64,000 nt of DNA from Patescibacteria group bacterium (GCA_018817715.1 JAHITT010000004.1:125784-189783); one strand, 5' to 3'; positions 47,312 through 57,514 are shown, counted from the first letter of the stretch. Numbers and translations are program-made. The notes: generated by a model from the letters alone, not told the origin.

Positions 47312-48535
47312 TTGCTAACCACCTTAATAAAAATTATCTCCCAACCAGTCGGTCAAGCCATCTGGCGTTTTTTGGTTGTCTGGCCGTATGATTTTTACCT
47401 ACGTTGGCACAGAAAATTACGCCAAGGCCAATTAAATTTTAATTTAAGACTGGTTTTAAGAAGTCACCGCACGATTTTAATTGCTTTAATCTGTGGCGGT
47501 TTATTAATTAGTCTTAATAATCTTCAAGCTAAACAAACTAATCGACAATTAACCGCTGGGCAAAATAATCTTATTTATCCTTTAATTAAAAATGAATTCG
47601 ACGGTACCATCATAGATGATAATACGCCTGGCATCCTCCCCCCCAGCCAAAATAGTCTGCAACTTAAAGCTGATAATACAGAAAGAGGCGTTGGTATTCC
47701 AACTGATCTGCCTATAACTTTAATAAATGGCACTTCTATTTTGAAACCCAATATTATTCACTCCCAAATTAGTGTAGCCAAACGACAAGAAATTGAAAAA
47801 TACACAGTTGAAACCGGTGACACCTTGGCCAGTATAGCCAAAAAATTCGGTTTAAGCCTTAACACTTTATTATGGGAAAATAATCTAAGAAGTGGCAGCC
47901 TAATTAGGCCCGGACAAAACATAACAATTTTGCCAATTAATGGCCTAAGTTACAAAATACGATCGGGTGACACTTTATCAGCCATTGCCAGCCGTTATCG
48001 AGTTTCCATTGATGCCATTACTGAAGCTAATCCTGTGGGTAACAAATTAACCATTGGCCAAAACATCATTATACCGGGTGCCCAGCCCCTAACAATCAGA
48101 ACCAGCCCAGTGGTAGCCAGCCAACCCGGACAAAACAATCTCCAACCGTCAGGCAGTAGTGCTTCTATTAGTAACACTAAATTACAATGGCCGACTGTTA
48201 GACGAAAAATTACTCAATATTATAGCTGGCGACACACTGGTTTAGATATTGCTGATAAAGTAGGCACCCCACTTTACGCTGCCGAAGACGGTGTTGTTAC
48301 GGTGGCTGGTTGGAATCGAGGCGGCTACGGTTATTACATAATTATTGACCACGGTGGCGGATTACAAACATTATACGGACACAATAGCAAACTATTCGTA
48401 TCGGTTGGAGAAAAAGTAAACCGCGGCCAAGAGATTGCCGCTATGGGGTCCACCGGCCGTTCTACTGGACCACATATTCATTTTGAAGTGCGCTTAAACG
48501 GCCGACGTCTTAATCCTTTAAGTTACACCCGCTAA
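47312..48535 (+). CDS. LysM-domain M23 peptidoglycan endopeptidase
   Basis: Two LysM repeats (YTV..GDTL.SIA), HTGLD, YGH and STGPHIHFE. Confidence 0.9.
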   Translation: MLTTLIKIISQPVGQAIWRFLVVWPYDFYLRWHRKLRQGQLNFNLRLVLRSHRTILIALICGGLLISLNNLQAKQTNRQLTAGQNNLIYPLIKNEFDGTIIDDNTPGILPPSQNSLQLKADNTERGVGIPTDLPITLINGTSILKPNIIHSQISVAKRQEIEKYTVETGDTLASIAKKFGLSLNTLLWENNLRSGSLIRPGQNITILPINGLSYKIRSGDTLSAIASRYRVSIDAITEANPVGNKLTIGQNIIIPGAQPLTIRTSPVVASQPGQNNLQPSGSSASISNTKLQWPTVRRKITQYYSWRHTGLDIADKVGTPLYAAEDGVVTVAGWNRGGYGYYIIIDHGGGLQTLYGHNSKLFVSVGEKVNRGQEIAAMGSTGRSTGPHIHFEVRLNGRRLNPLSYTR

Positions 48536-50058
48536 TTAAAATTAGCGCGCGGGCGATATTGCAAGGCCTCAGCCAAATGGTTTGTTCTAACTTCAGCTGA
48601 TCCGGCCAAATCGGCAATCGTCCGCGCTACTTTAAGCAAACGATGATAAGACCGACCAGAAAGCTGCCAACGCTCCATAGCTTGTTTTAATAAAAGAGAA
48701 CTGCCTGATTCTAAATTAATCCACTTTTTTAAATCCTGATTAGACATAGTGCTATTAAGTTGAACTGCCGAGTTGTTAAACCTAAGTAATTGTTTTTGCC
48801 TGGCCAAAATTACTCTTTGTTGAACAATTGAACTATTTTCACCCCCTTCAGCTGCCGCCATTTTAGAATAAGGTAAGCGCGGTACCATAATATGTAAATC
48901 AAACCGGTCCAACAACGGGCCAGACAGCCGTCTTTGATAACGATAAATTTGATTGACAGTACATTGGCAATCTTTTTTGGGATCACCAGCAAAACCACAA
49001 GGACAAGGATTAAGGGCGGCTATTAAAATAAATCTGGCTGGAAATTTTACACTACCGCTGGCCCGAGAAATTGTTACCCAACCCTCTTCCAAAGGTTGGC
49101 GCAAACTTTCTAAAACCGATCGAGGAAATTCTGGTAACTCATCCAAAAAAAGTACTCCTCGATGAGCTAATGATATTTCACCTGGCCGCAGGGCAGTACC
49201 ACCACCGATTAAAGATATTTCTGAAGCAGTATGATGGGGCGACCGACAAGGTCTTAAATAAACCAAAGGCTCCTCCTTGGTTAATAAACCGGCCACACTA
49301 TAAATAGCTGTTACCTCTAAAACCTCTTGCCTGGCTAAATCAGGCAACAAACCAGTTAAAGCTCGAGCTAATAAAGTTTTACCTGAACCAGGCGGCCCAA
49401 ATAATAACAAATTATGGCCACCAGCCGCTGCTATTTCTAAAGCTCTTTTAGCCTGCTCCTGACCATAAATATCAGCCAAATTAACCAAAGGATTAAATCC
49501 TTTGCTTTGCTTCAAACTAGTAACAGGTTGAGGTGATAAAATTTTACGACTAGTTAAATACTGTAAAACTTCAGCTAAATTATTAACAGCTAAAATTTTT
49601 ATATCTTCTATTAAAGCAGCCTCCTTAGCATTAGCTTGAGGTACCAACAAACAATCAAAACCCAAACGTCGAGCCGCCTGAGCCATAACCAAAATACCCT
49701 TAACTGGCCGTAAATCACCAGCCAAAGACAGTTCCCCAATAAACAAAAGCTTCTTTAAATCAACCGCTGGTTTTAATTGACCACTAGCTAAAAGCAAGGC
49801 CAAGGCGATGGGTAAATCGTAAGAGGAGCCTTCTTTTTTTAAATCAGCCGGTGCTAAATTTACTGTTACCTTTGTCCTAGGAAAATAACAATCAGAATTT
49901 TTTAAAGCCGAACGAACCCTCTCTTTAGCCTCATCAACCGCCTTGTCAGGCAAACCTACAATAAAAATACCTGGTAATTGACTGGAGGTATCTGCCTCTA
50001 CCTCAATTAACCTGGCTGCTAGACCTAAAACATGGATAGTAAATACTTTAGCTGCCAT
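48532..50058 (-). CDS. comM: ComM/YifB Mg-chelatase-like AAA ATPase
   Basis: VNLAPAD..K.G..YDL, GPPGSGKT, GEISLAHRGVLFLDE, NPCPCG and ARTIADL. Confidence 0.93.
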   Translation of the reverse strand: MAAKVFTIHVLGLAARLIEVEADTSSQLPGIFIVGLPDKAVDEAKERVRSALKNSDCYFPRTKVTVNLAPADLKKEGSSYDLPIALALLLASGQLKPAVDLKKLLFIGELSLAGDLRPVKGILVMAQAARRLGFDCLLVPQANAKEAALIEDIKILAVNNLAEVLQYLTSRKILSPQPVTSLKQSKGFNPLVNLADIYGQEQAKRALEIAAAGGHNLLLFGPPGSGKTLLARALTGLLPDLARQEVLEVTAIYSVAGLLTKEEPLVYLRPCRSPHHTASEISLIGGGTALRPGEISLAHRGVLFLDELPEFPRSVLESLRQPLEEGWVTISRASGSVKFPARFILIAALNPCPCGFAGDPKKDCQCTVNQIYRYQRRLSGPLLDRFDLHIMVPRLPYSKMAAAEGGENSSIVQQRVILARQKQLLRFNNSAVQLNSTMSNQDLKKWINLESGSSLLLKQAMERWQLSGRSYHRLLKVARTIADLAGSAEVRTNHLAEALQYRPRANFN

Positions 50059-50488
50059 AAGGTTGTTTGATCCCTCTTAACAAACAACTTAAACCAATAA
50101 TTAAATAAACATCTGCCAGATTAAAAGAAAAAAAGTTAAACCAATGCCAATAATCCACTACGCCAGCCCAAAATAAACGATCATAAAAATTACTTAACCC
50201 ACCCACCAATAAAAAAAGCAACCCTGCCGTTAACCAAGTCCGGTCTAAGGGCCAAATTTTCAATAAACCAACCAACAAACCAACTATTATTAATAAATTA
50301 AAAATTACTAACCACCAATTAGACAAAGGCAAACTAAAAATACCTTGGGAATTAAGAGAAAAGCCAAAAGAAAAAAAACTCTGACCAATCGTTTTAATCG
50401 GCTGAGTTACTGCCCCTTGTTTTATCAAACGGTCAACTATTAATAACACCATAACCCCTCCCAGGGTGCTAAAAGACCTTTTAATCAT
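50048..50488 (-). CDS. lspA: Lipoprotein signal peptidase II
   Basis: N.G.FS, GG.SN.YDR, GVVDY and FNLAD catalytic Asp motifs. Confidence 0.85.
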   Translation of the reverse strand: MIKRSFSTLGGVMVLLIVDRLIKQGAVTQPIKTIGQSFFSFGFSLNSQGIFSLPLSNWWLVIFNLLIIVGLLVGLLKIWPLDRTWLTAGLLFLLVGGLSNFYDRLFWAGVVDYWHWFNFFSFNLADVYLIIGLSCLLRGIKQPYGS

Positions 50489-50853
50489 TAAAGCTTATTT
50501 AACAATTTGGTTTTACAATCAACACAAGAACTTGATTCTGGTCGAGCCCGCAGGCGTCGCTCATCAATCTTTGTTTGGCAATATTTACACACACCATAAC
50601 TACCGTCCGTTATCCTACGTAAAGCTGACTCCACATCTTCTAAGGTTTCTTCTAAAGCCCTGTTTAAAGACAACTTATCAGAAAAAGTCGCCACTTCAGC
50701 GGCATTTTCATCATCTTTATCGCCATATTCAGGCCAAGTAGCTTTGTCGGTTTTTTTACCAGATTCAGCCTTGACCAAATCCAACTCCTGCCGCAAGCGG
50801 TTTTGAGTCTGGCCTAAAATAGTCTTCATTTCTTCAACAAAAGTTTGCTTCAT
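50488..50853 (-). CDS. DksA/TraR C4 zinc-finger protein
   Basis: AL.RI..GSYG.C..C...I...RL.ARP....C.DC. Confidence 0.88.
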   Translation of the reverse strand: MKQTFVEEMKTILGQTQNRLRQELDLVKAESGKKTDKATWPEYGDKDDENAAEVATFSDKLSLNRALEETLEDVESALRRITDGSYGVCKYCQTKIDERRLRARPESSSCVDCKTKLLNKL

Positions 50854-51351
50854 AAATTTTAGCTGCCAACTAAGATCTACCCAATAAAATGTAGTGGAAT
50901 TATAGCCTGAGAGTTAAATTTATTCAAGCCTTAAAAGGGTTTTGGCTAATTTGGCAATAATATTAAATTACAAGACTAGTTATTTAATCTGTTAAAATTT
51001 AACAATAAAAATAGGCGCCAGTAGGCGCCCATTTTTTAAAAAACTTAATTAATGGCGTACTGGCGCCTTAATTGCGACGCTTGCGCTACTTAGTAAATCC
51101 CAAATTAATTTGAAACTTGCTAAGAATGTATCCTCAAGCGACTTGATTAGGCGCGTACACTGGCTAAATATAAAGTACGCTTTGTTCTTACCGTCCTGTG
51201 GCAACTCTCCCACCCTTATTAAGGCAGAAGCGCCATTTTAGTTTTTGTTTCAAAATTTTTTTTGGTACTGCCACCAGTTAACAGTTCCAAAAGGACAGTA
51301 AGAAAAGAATTATTGCCAAATTTTATCTAGCCACAAATCTTTACCTCTGTC

Positions 51352-51398
51352 TTTTTAAAGAACATCTTTAATATAGCATACTTTTTAAAATCAGTCAA
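51352..51398 (-). promoter_or_regulatory. Sigma70 promoter plus boxA-like motif
   Basis: Minus strand TTGACT-17 nt-TATATT with an extended TG, then TGTTCTTTAAAAA. Confidence 0.6.
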
Positions 51399-51462
51399 TA
51401 GCTATTTTTTAGCTTAAATTAAACAAAAAACCTCTATAATAGATGGGCACATATTATGTTCA

Positions 51463-51503
51463 TTATCCACAGTAATCACAACTTATCCACAAAAATAACC
51501 ACA
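51463..51503 (+). promoter_or_regulatory. DnaA-box cluster
   Basis: Perfect TTATCCACA at 51463 and 51483; degenerate GTAATCACA (51472) and ATAACCACA (51495). Confidence 0.6.
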
Positions 51504-51577
51504 ACTAAAAACCAGCTTATTCACCAATTAATTAACTGGTTTAAGCTGGTTTTTCGCTAACCTTAAATAAATATTAA

Positions 51578-53809
51578 CTAACGTCTTGAACCATGTCCTT
51601 GTGATTCTCGACCGCGCCCACCAGCAAAAGGCCGACTATTACGAGCCGGCTGATAAGCTGTCTCAGCGGAAGCAACATAACCCTCGGGTTTAGGTAAAAG
51701 CTGTTTATGGGACAAATTAACCCGTCCTTGATCATCTATCTCAGTCACCTTCACTTCTATCTCATCGCCTACATTAACCGCTTCCTGCACAGTATTAATT
51801 CTGGCCCAAGCCAATTCAGAAATATGAACCAAACCTTCAGTCCGAGGCAATATTTCCACAAAAGCCCCAAAATTCATTAAACGAGTTACCTTGCCTTTAT
51901 AAACTTCACCGACTACTACCTGCCGAGTAAGATTCTTTATCCAATCAACTGCTTGAGCTGAACCCGAAGCATTATTAGAAGTTACCATGACCAAACCACT
52001 ATCCTCGATATCTATAGCTACACCCGTTACAGCAATGATTTCATTGATCATCTTGCCACCTGGCCCAATAACATCTCTAATTTTATCAACTGGTATATAA
52101 AAAGAGATTATTCTAGGAGCGTAAGGTGACATTTCTGGCCGGGGCTGGGCTAAAGCCTTAGACATCACTTCTAATATCTGTAATCTAGCTTCCTTAGCTT
52201 TGTTTAAAGTTTCTTCTACTATAGCCAAAGAAATACCACCTAATTTAATATCTAGTTGAACAGCCGTAATACCTTTAGTCGTACCACCAACTTTAAAATC
52301 CATATCGCCAGAATGATCTTCAATACCTTGAATATCAGTCAAAATGGCATATTTAGTCGGCTGATCCAAATCGGTTATTAAACCCATAGCTATACCAGCC
52401 ACTGGCGCACTAATTGGTACACCGGCATCCATTAAAGCCAAAGAGGATCCACAAATGGAAGCCTGAGAAGAAGAACCATTAGAAGATAACACTTCGGAAA
52501 CCACTCTAATAGTGTAAGGAAACTTTTCTTTGTCTTGAGGAATCACTGGCATCAAAGCTTTTTCTGCTAGAGCACCATGGCCAATTTCCCGGCGACCCGG
52601 TGAACGAATTGGTTTTACTTCGCCTACTGAATAAGCTGGAAAATTATAATGATGCATATAGCGCTTTTTACCATCTTCTTCCATGCCATCTAAAGTCTGT
52701 TCATCACCTGGGCTACCTAAGGTCACCACCGATAAAACTTGCGTTTCGCCACGTTGAAACAAACCACTACCATGAGTACGCGGTAACAAACCTACTTCCG
52801 CTGACAAAGACCTAATTTGATCAAAAGCCCGACCATCTACTCTTTTACCAGTTGCTAAAACATACTGGCGTGAAGCTTTATCCAAATAAAACTCTATCAA
52901 CTTTAAGCCTCGACCGGCCTCTTCTTTACTAACCTCATTATCAGCTTTTAAAGCCTCGGACAAACCTTGTTCTATTTGACGTAAACCATCCTTAAAAGAC
53001 TGCTTGGAAGAGCCACCAAATAATGAATCAAATTTACCATTTAAATACTGCTCCACCTTAGCTTTAAGTTTGGCTTGTTGTTCTTTAAGTTCAGTAGAAA
53101 TTTCTATTTCAGCCAATTTAGGTTGAGCGCAAGCTTGAATAACCTCCTGCATAAAAGGAAACAATTTGGCGATTTGTTGATGACCAAAAGTTATAGCGGC
53201 AGACATATCAGCTTCTACAACTTCTTGGCTACCTGCTTCCAACATAACTATTTCTTCAGCCGTAGCCGAAATAAAAACATCCAAATCCGACTTACTTCTA
53301 GCTTCATAAGAAGGATTAAAAACCCATTGACCATCAACCCGACCAACTCGGCCAGCCGCAATCGGACCTGACCACTTAACCGGTGAAATAGCCAAAGCCA
53401 AAGAAGCGGCTAACAAAGATGGTACATCTGGATCGTTTTCTCCATCCACAGACAAAACCGTAACCATTACTTGAACATCTCGCCGTTCACTGTCACCAAA
53501 TAACGGCCGCACCGAACGATCAATTACTCGAGCGGTTAGAATAGCCTCATCGGTAGGGCGGCCTTCTCGTTTAATAAACCGAGAACCTTTAATTTTTCCA
53601 GCTGCATACAATCTTTCTTCGTAATCCACCATCAAAGGGAAATAATCTATACCCTCCCTTGGGGTAGAAGCTTGAACAACTGTTGCTAAAACAACTGTAT
53701 CGCCGTAACGAACAGTACAAGCACCTTGGGCCTGATTGGCTAATTTACCAACTTCCACCTCTAAAGGCTGGCCGGCTAATTCGTGCTTAAAAATTTTTAC
53801 ATTACTCAT
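51578..53809 (-). CDS. pnp: Polyribonucleotide nucleotidyltransferase
   Basis: Two RNase PH domains (RREIGHG, SNGSSS, GDMDFKV), KH domain (IGPGGK) and S1 domain. Confidence 0.98.
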   Translation of the reverse strand: MSNVKIFKHELAGQPLEVEVGKLANQAQGACTVRYGDTVVLATVVQASTPREGIDYFPLMVDYEERLYAAGKIKGSRFIKREGRPTDEAILTARVIDRSVRPLFGDSERRDVQVMVTVLSVDGENDPDVPSLLAASLALAISPVKWSGPIAAGRVGRVDGQWVFNPSYEARSKSDLDVFISATAEEIVMLEAGSQEVVEADMSAAITFGHQQIAKLFPFMQEVIQACAQPKLAEIEISTELKEQQAKLKAKVEQYLNGKFDSLFGGSSKQSFKDGLRQIEQGLSEALKADNEVSKEEAGRGLKLIEFYLDKASRQYVLATGKRVDGRAFDQIRSLSAEVGLLPRTHGSGLFQRGETQVLSVVTLGSPGDEQTLDGMEEDGKKRYMHHYNFPAYSVGEVKPIRSPGRREIGHGALAEKALMPVIPQDKEKFPYTIRVVSEVLSSNGSSSQASICGSSLALMDAGVPISAPVAGIAMGLITDLDQPTKYAILTDIQGIEDHSGDMDFKVGGTTKGITAVQLDIKLGGISLAIVEETLNKAKEARLQILEVMSKALAQPRPEMSPYAPRIISFYIPVDKIRDVIGPGGKMINEIIAVTGVAIDIEDSGLVMVTSNNASGSAQAVDWIKNLTRQVVVGEVYKGKVTRLMNFGAFVEILPRTEGLVHISELAWARINTVQEAVNVGDEIEVKVTEIDDQGRVNLSHKQLLPKPEGYVASAETAYQPARNSRPFAGGRGRESQGHGSRR

Positions 53810-53828
53810 TGATAACTAATTCCTTATG

Positions 53829-53942
53829 GCGTTGTTGGCCAAAAACTTTTTGGGAGATTGGTTATTTGAAAGGAGCTGGCCTTAAAACAAGGCAACCTCT
53901 CTTCAAATAACATATCCAACCCTAGATTGAACCAAACCACGC
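53829..53942 (-). promoter_or_regulatory. Long stem-loop in the pnp 5' leader (possible RNase III site)
   Basis: Perfect core GTTATTTGAA/TTCAAATAAC extended by further complementary segments out to GCGT/ACGC. Confidence 0.55.
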
Positions 53943-53962
53943 TTAATTAATAATTTTTTAAT

Positions 53963-54490
53963 CTACTTAGAACGTCTAATTTGACCTTGACGACCTCTTA
54001 ATAAGAACTTATTTTTTTCTTCTGACAAGTCAAAAAAATCATCCGCTTGCTCTTTTAATTTCGCTGAGGTGGTTTCAATAAAAGCCATAACTTCCACCCG
54101 CTGGCCCAAAAACTGCAAATACTGAACTAAAGGCACAAAGTCACCGTCGCCAGTTACTAAAATAACCACATCCAACTTATTAGCCATAGTCACAGCGTCA
54201 ATAGTTATACCAACATCCCAATCGCCCTTTTTGGCTCCCCCCACGAAAACCTGCAGATCTTTCATATTTACTTCAAAACCCTGTTTATCCAAAGCTTCAA
54301 AAAACTTTATTTCCTCAGGTGCTTCAGCCTTAACTACGTAGGCCACTGCCCGAATAAGTTTTCGATCTTGCACAGCCTGCTGCAAGATATTGGCAAAATT
54401 AACCCGAGAACCATAAAGGTTGCGGGCTGAATAATACATATTCTGCACATCGACAAAAACTCCAACGCGCTGATCTTTGTGTTTAAGCAT
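53963..54490 (-). CDS. NYN-domain (LabA/DUF88, PIN-like) protein
   Basis: FVDVQN, K.DWDV, TGDGDF.PL and G.RVEV motifs. Confidence 0.9.
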   Translation of the reverse strand: MLKHKDQRVGVFVDVQNMYYSARNLYGSRVNFANILQQAVQDRKLIRAVAYVVKAEAPEEIKFFEALDKQGFEVNMKDLQVFVGGAKKGDWDVGITIDAVTMANKLDVVILVTGDGDFVPLVQYLQFLGQRVEVMAFIETTSAKLKEQADDFFDLSEEKNKFLLRGRQGQIRRSK

Positions 54491-54507
54491 ATTAACTCTA
54501 ATTCTTT

Positions 54508-54852
54508 CTAAGATTCATCCGACTCCACAGATTGCTCTATCGACTCTTCGGCTTCTTCGCCTAAAATAGCCGACTGGTCAGAAATCTTAACTTTAAGTTT
54601 TAATTTCTTTACTATTTCTTCAAAACTAACTTTATTCTCACGTTGTAAAAATTTAAGCAATTTACGGCGTTGATTAACCTTTTTAATCAGACCACGACGA
54701 GAAGAAAAATCTTTCTTATGACCCTTTAAATGCTCGGTTAATCGGGTTATTTCTTCGGTCAGAATAGCTATCTGAACTTCGGCCGAACCTGTATCCTGAT
54801 CATGCGTCTTAAACTTCTTAATTATCTTATCCTTAGCTACTTTATCCAACAT
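54508..54852 (-). CDS. rpsO: 30S ribosomal protein S15 with an acidic C-terminal extension
   Basis: DTGS.EVQIA.LT..I..L..HL..HKKD..SRRGL. True start is ATG 54852. Confidence 0.96.
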   Translation of the reverse strand: MLDKVAKDKIIKKFKTHDQDTGSAEVQIAILTEEITRLTEHLKGHKKDFSSRRGLIKKVNQRRKLLKFLQRENKVSFEEIVKKLKLKVKISDQSAILGEEAEESIEQSVESDES

Positions 54853-55044
54853 ATTTTTATCCTCTATGAGCGTCGAGTCGAGTTTAGGGATTTTCCACCA
54901 ACCCAAGTTCGCGCCTTAATGATTAAGCGACATAACTGTAACAGATTAAACAAATAAAATCAAGTGCTAAGGGTAAGGTAATTAAAAAACAATATTTTTG
55001 CTTAATTTTAAGATGTGTCGTAAAATATGAACAACTGAAAAAAT

Positions 55045-55923
55045 ATGCCTAACCAATCTACCAATTTAATAAAAACTTTCTTAACTGATTTGGAAAATCA
55101 GGGGAAAAATAATCTGACTATAAAAAATTATCAACTATATTTAAAAAAATTCGCTCTATGGCTTAAAACAAAAAACCTAAGTCTGCCACAAGTTGATAGT
55201 TTGGTAATAAAAAACTTTGCTCAGAGCCTGGCTAACCAACAGCCAACTTTAAAAAATAATACCATTAATTATCATTTAACAGCTCTGCGTTCCTTCAATC
55301 GATTCTTAAAAAATAAAAATCTTTCTAATCTAAAAACCAATGATATAAAATTAAATCCCTTAAAAAGGAAAACGGTCACAAAAGAAATCGACCCAACAGA
55401 TAAATTACACCAAGCAATCCAATCAACCCTAGCCAGTCAAGTTATTAACTTAAGAGATTCAACTATAATAGAATTGCTTTTAACTAATGGCCTAAAAGTT
55501 TCGGAGGTTTCCAACCTAACTAAAGCCGATGTTGATTTTGAAAAAAAAGAACTAACTGTAAAAAAATCAAAGCACACTCGAAAATTAATTCTAACCGCAG
55601 AATCTCAACAATTATTAATAAATTATTTAAAAGAACGGCATGATACTGACCCAGCTTTATTTATTAACCACGACCGAGCGGCTAAATCTGCTAAACGGAC
55701 TCAAAAAATCAACCATAATTTAAGCAGTCGCAGCATCCAAAGATTAATCGCTTATTATGGACGACTGGCCGGTTTAGAAAAACCACTAACTCCTAGTCAT
55801 TTAAGAAAAATTTACAGTCAAAAATTAATTCAAAATAAAATTCCAACAATTCAGATTAAAAGCCTTCTTGGTTACAAACATACTAGTAGTATTAATTGGT
55901 ATAAACCCAGTCAGGTTGACTAA
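55045..55923 (+). CDS. XerC/D-like tyrosine recombinase with degenerate catalytic motifs
   Basis: SAM-like N-domain (TI.NY...L..F; L.ALRSF..FL), LRD..I.ELL...GLKVSE, TPSHLRK and LLGY.......WY. Confidence 0.75.
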   Translation: MPNQSTNLIKTFLTDLENQGKNNLTIKNYQLYLKKFALWLKTKNLSLPQVDSLVIKNFAQSLANQQPTLKNNTINYHLTALRSFNRFLKNKNLSNLKTNDIKLNPLKRKTVTKEIDPTDKLHQAIQSTLASQVINLRDSTIIELLLTNGLKVSEVSNLTKADVDFEKKELTVKKSKHTRKLILTAESQQLLINYLKERHDTDPALFINHDRAAKSAKRTQKINHNLSSRSIQRLIAYYGRLAGLEKPLTPSHLRKIYSQKLIQNKIPTIQIKSLLGYKHTSSINWYKPSQVD

Positions 55924-55985
55924 AACAGACAGTTGGCCTTAACTTATCGTTACAGTCTTTTAAGAAATTACTTGGTCTAACTTAT

Positions 55986-56057
55986 GCCCCTGTAGTTCAA
56001 TGGATAGAACTGTGGACTTCTAAGCCACTAATAGAGGTTCGATTCCTCTCAGGGGCA
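55986..56057 (+). tRNA. tRNA-Arg(UCU)
   Basis: GCCCCTG/CAGGGGC acceptor, anticodon loop CTTCTAA, T-loop GGTTCGATTCC. Confidence 0.93.
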
Positions 56058-56179
56058 CAAGTTAGCTCAAGTCGCCAATCTAAAAAGAGTGGCGCAGTTG
56101 GCCTAAGCAAGTTATAATATATAACATATAAAAATATCTTCCCTCAAAAGATATTACTAATGGAGGTAACCTAAAAAAT

Positions 56180-57514
56180 ATGCCAGAAAAAAAACACCGT
56201 TCAACAACTAGTCAAAAAAAACAACCAGTTGTTAAAAAAACCATTTCTAAACAGCCGGCTAAACCAAAACCAACGACTAAAAGAAAAAAACCACTCCGCC
56301 GTCCTAAAAAACCAGCACCCAAAAAAGTAACATCGGCCAAACCTTCGGTGGGGGCCAAAACAATCCAACCAATTACAGAAAATAACTTCCCGCCAGCCAC
56401 TTTAACTTACCAAAAAACACCCACTAGCTATTGGAGTTGGTTAATTGGTTTTACTATAGTGGCTTTAGCTTTACTAATTGTTTCCGGTTTAATATCCATA
56501 TTTTCTTTTTCTAATAATTTTAAAAAAAACTCACCCTTAGCCCCGACGCCGCCTGTCCAAGACTCCTTACTTCAACCAGCTTTAACAGCCTTAGCCCCTT
56601 TAACTGGACTTAAAACCGATGAAGTTTCAGCTAGACGTCGACCTTGGGCAATAATTATAGAAAATTTTCCAACCGTCAGGCCCCAAAGTGGCCTATCTTT
56701 CGCTGATGTGGTAATTGAATCACCAACTGAAGGTGGCATTACCCGTTTTGCTGCTATTTTCCAAAGTCAATTGCCCACCGGCCAAATTGGCCCAATTCGT
56801 AGTGCCCGCTCTTATTTTAATGATTGGCTAAGACCTTTAGCTCCTTTTTTTAGCCATTCTGGTGGCAGTACCAAAGCCTTGCAACAATTAGCCAAAGGCT
56901 ATGGTGATATTCAAGACGTTAATGAATTTTATAACGGTTCAGCTTACCAAAGAAACAATTCATTAAACGCTCCACACAATCTTTTTACCACGGCGGAAAA
57001 ATTCTTTAGTTATGTCCAACAAAAAAATTGGCCTAGCCAACAGAACATACAACCACTTAATTTTTCCACTAACTATCAGCCGGGCCAACCAGCCAATCAA
57101 ATAATGATTCCCTACCAACCCGAAGAATATACTGTCACCTACCAATACTTACCTGAAAGCAAAGTTTACCAGCGCAGTTTAATGGGTGTAAAACAAACTG
57201 ATGCCAGCAACAACCAACCAATCCTGGTAACCAATGCTATAGTCCTAGCTACCGACATTGATCCTATACCTAATGACGAACTAAAAAGAACCGAACTTAG
57301 AACTTTGGGCACGGGTACAGCTTGGTTATTCACTAATGGCCAAATTTATAAAGGCCAATGGCGCAAAGACAAACCAGACAGTTACTTAGAATTCGTTGAT
57401 TCATCTGGCCAACCCCTACCTTTGCAACCTGGTAATACTTGGATTTCGGTAATTGATAACAGTCTGCTTAAAGATATAAAAATAGACAGTCTGCTACCCA
57501 GTCTTGAATCTTAA
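56180..57514 (+). CDS. DUF3048 (YerB-like) membrane-anchored protein
   Basis: PLTG, IEN....RPQSGL..AD.V.E...EGGITR, GPIRSAR and APHNL motifs, with a Lys/Pro-rich N-terminus. Confidence 0.85.
   Translation: MPEKKHRSTTSQKKQPVVKKTISKQPAKPKPTTKRKKPLRRPKKPAPKKVTSAKPSVGAKTIQPITENNFPPATLTYQKTPTSYWSWLIGFTIVALALLIVSGLISIFSFSNNFKKNSPLAPTPPVQDSLLQPALTALAPLTGLKTDEVSARRRPWAIIIENFPTVRPQSGLSFADVVIESPTEGGITRFAAIFQSQLPTGQIGPIRSARSYFNDWLRPLAPFFSHSGGSTKALQQLAKGYGDIQDVNEFYNGSAYQRNNSLNAPHNLFTTAEKFFSYVQQKNWPSQQNIQPLNFSTNYQPGQPANQIMIPYQPEEYTVTYQYLPESKVYQRSLMGVKQTDASNNQPILVTNAIVLATDIDPIPNDELKRTELRTLGTGTAWLFTNGQIYKGQWRKDKPDSYLEFVDSSGQPLPLQPGNTWISVIDNSLLKDIKIDSLLPSLES

Noticed and set aside
51463-51503. Replication origin
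   Set aside because: No dnaA or dnaN nearby and no visible switch in strand composition. Kept only as a DnaA-box cluster.
54853-54906. N-terminal extension of S15
   Set aside because: S15 homology begins at ATG 54852, which has a GAGG RBS. The extension is leader sequence.
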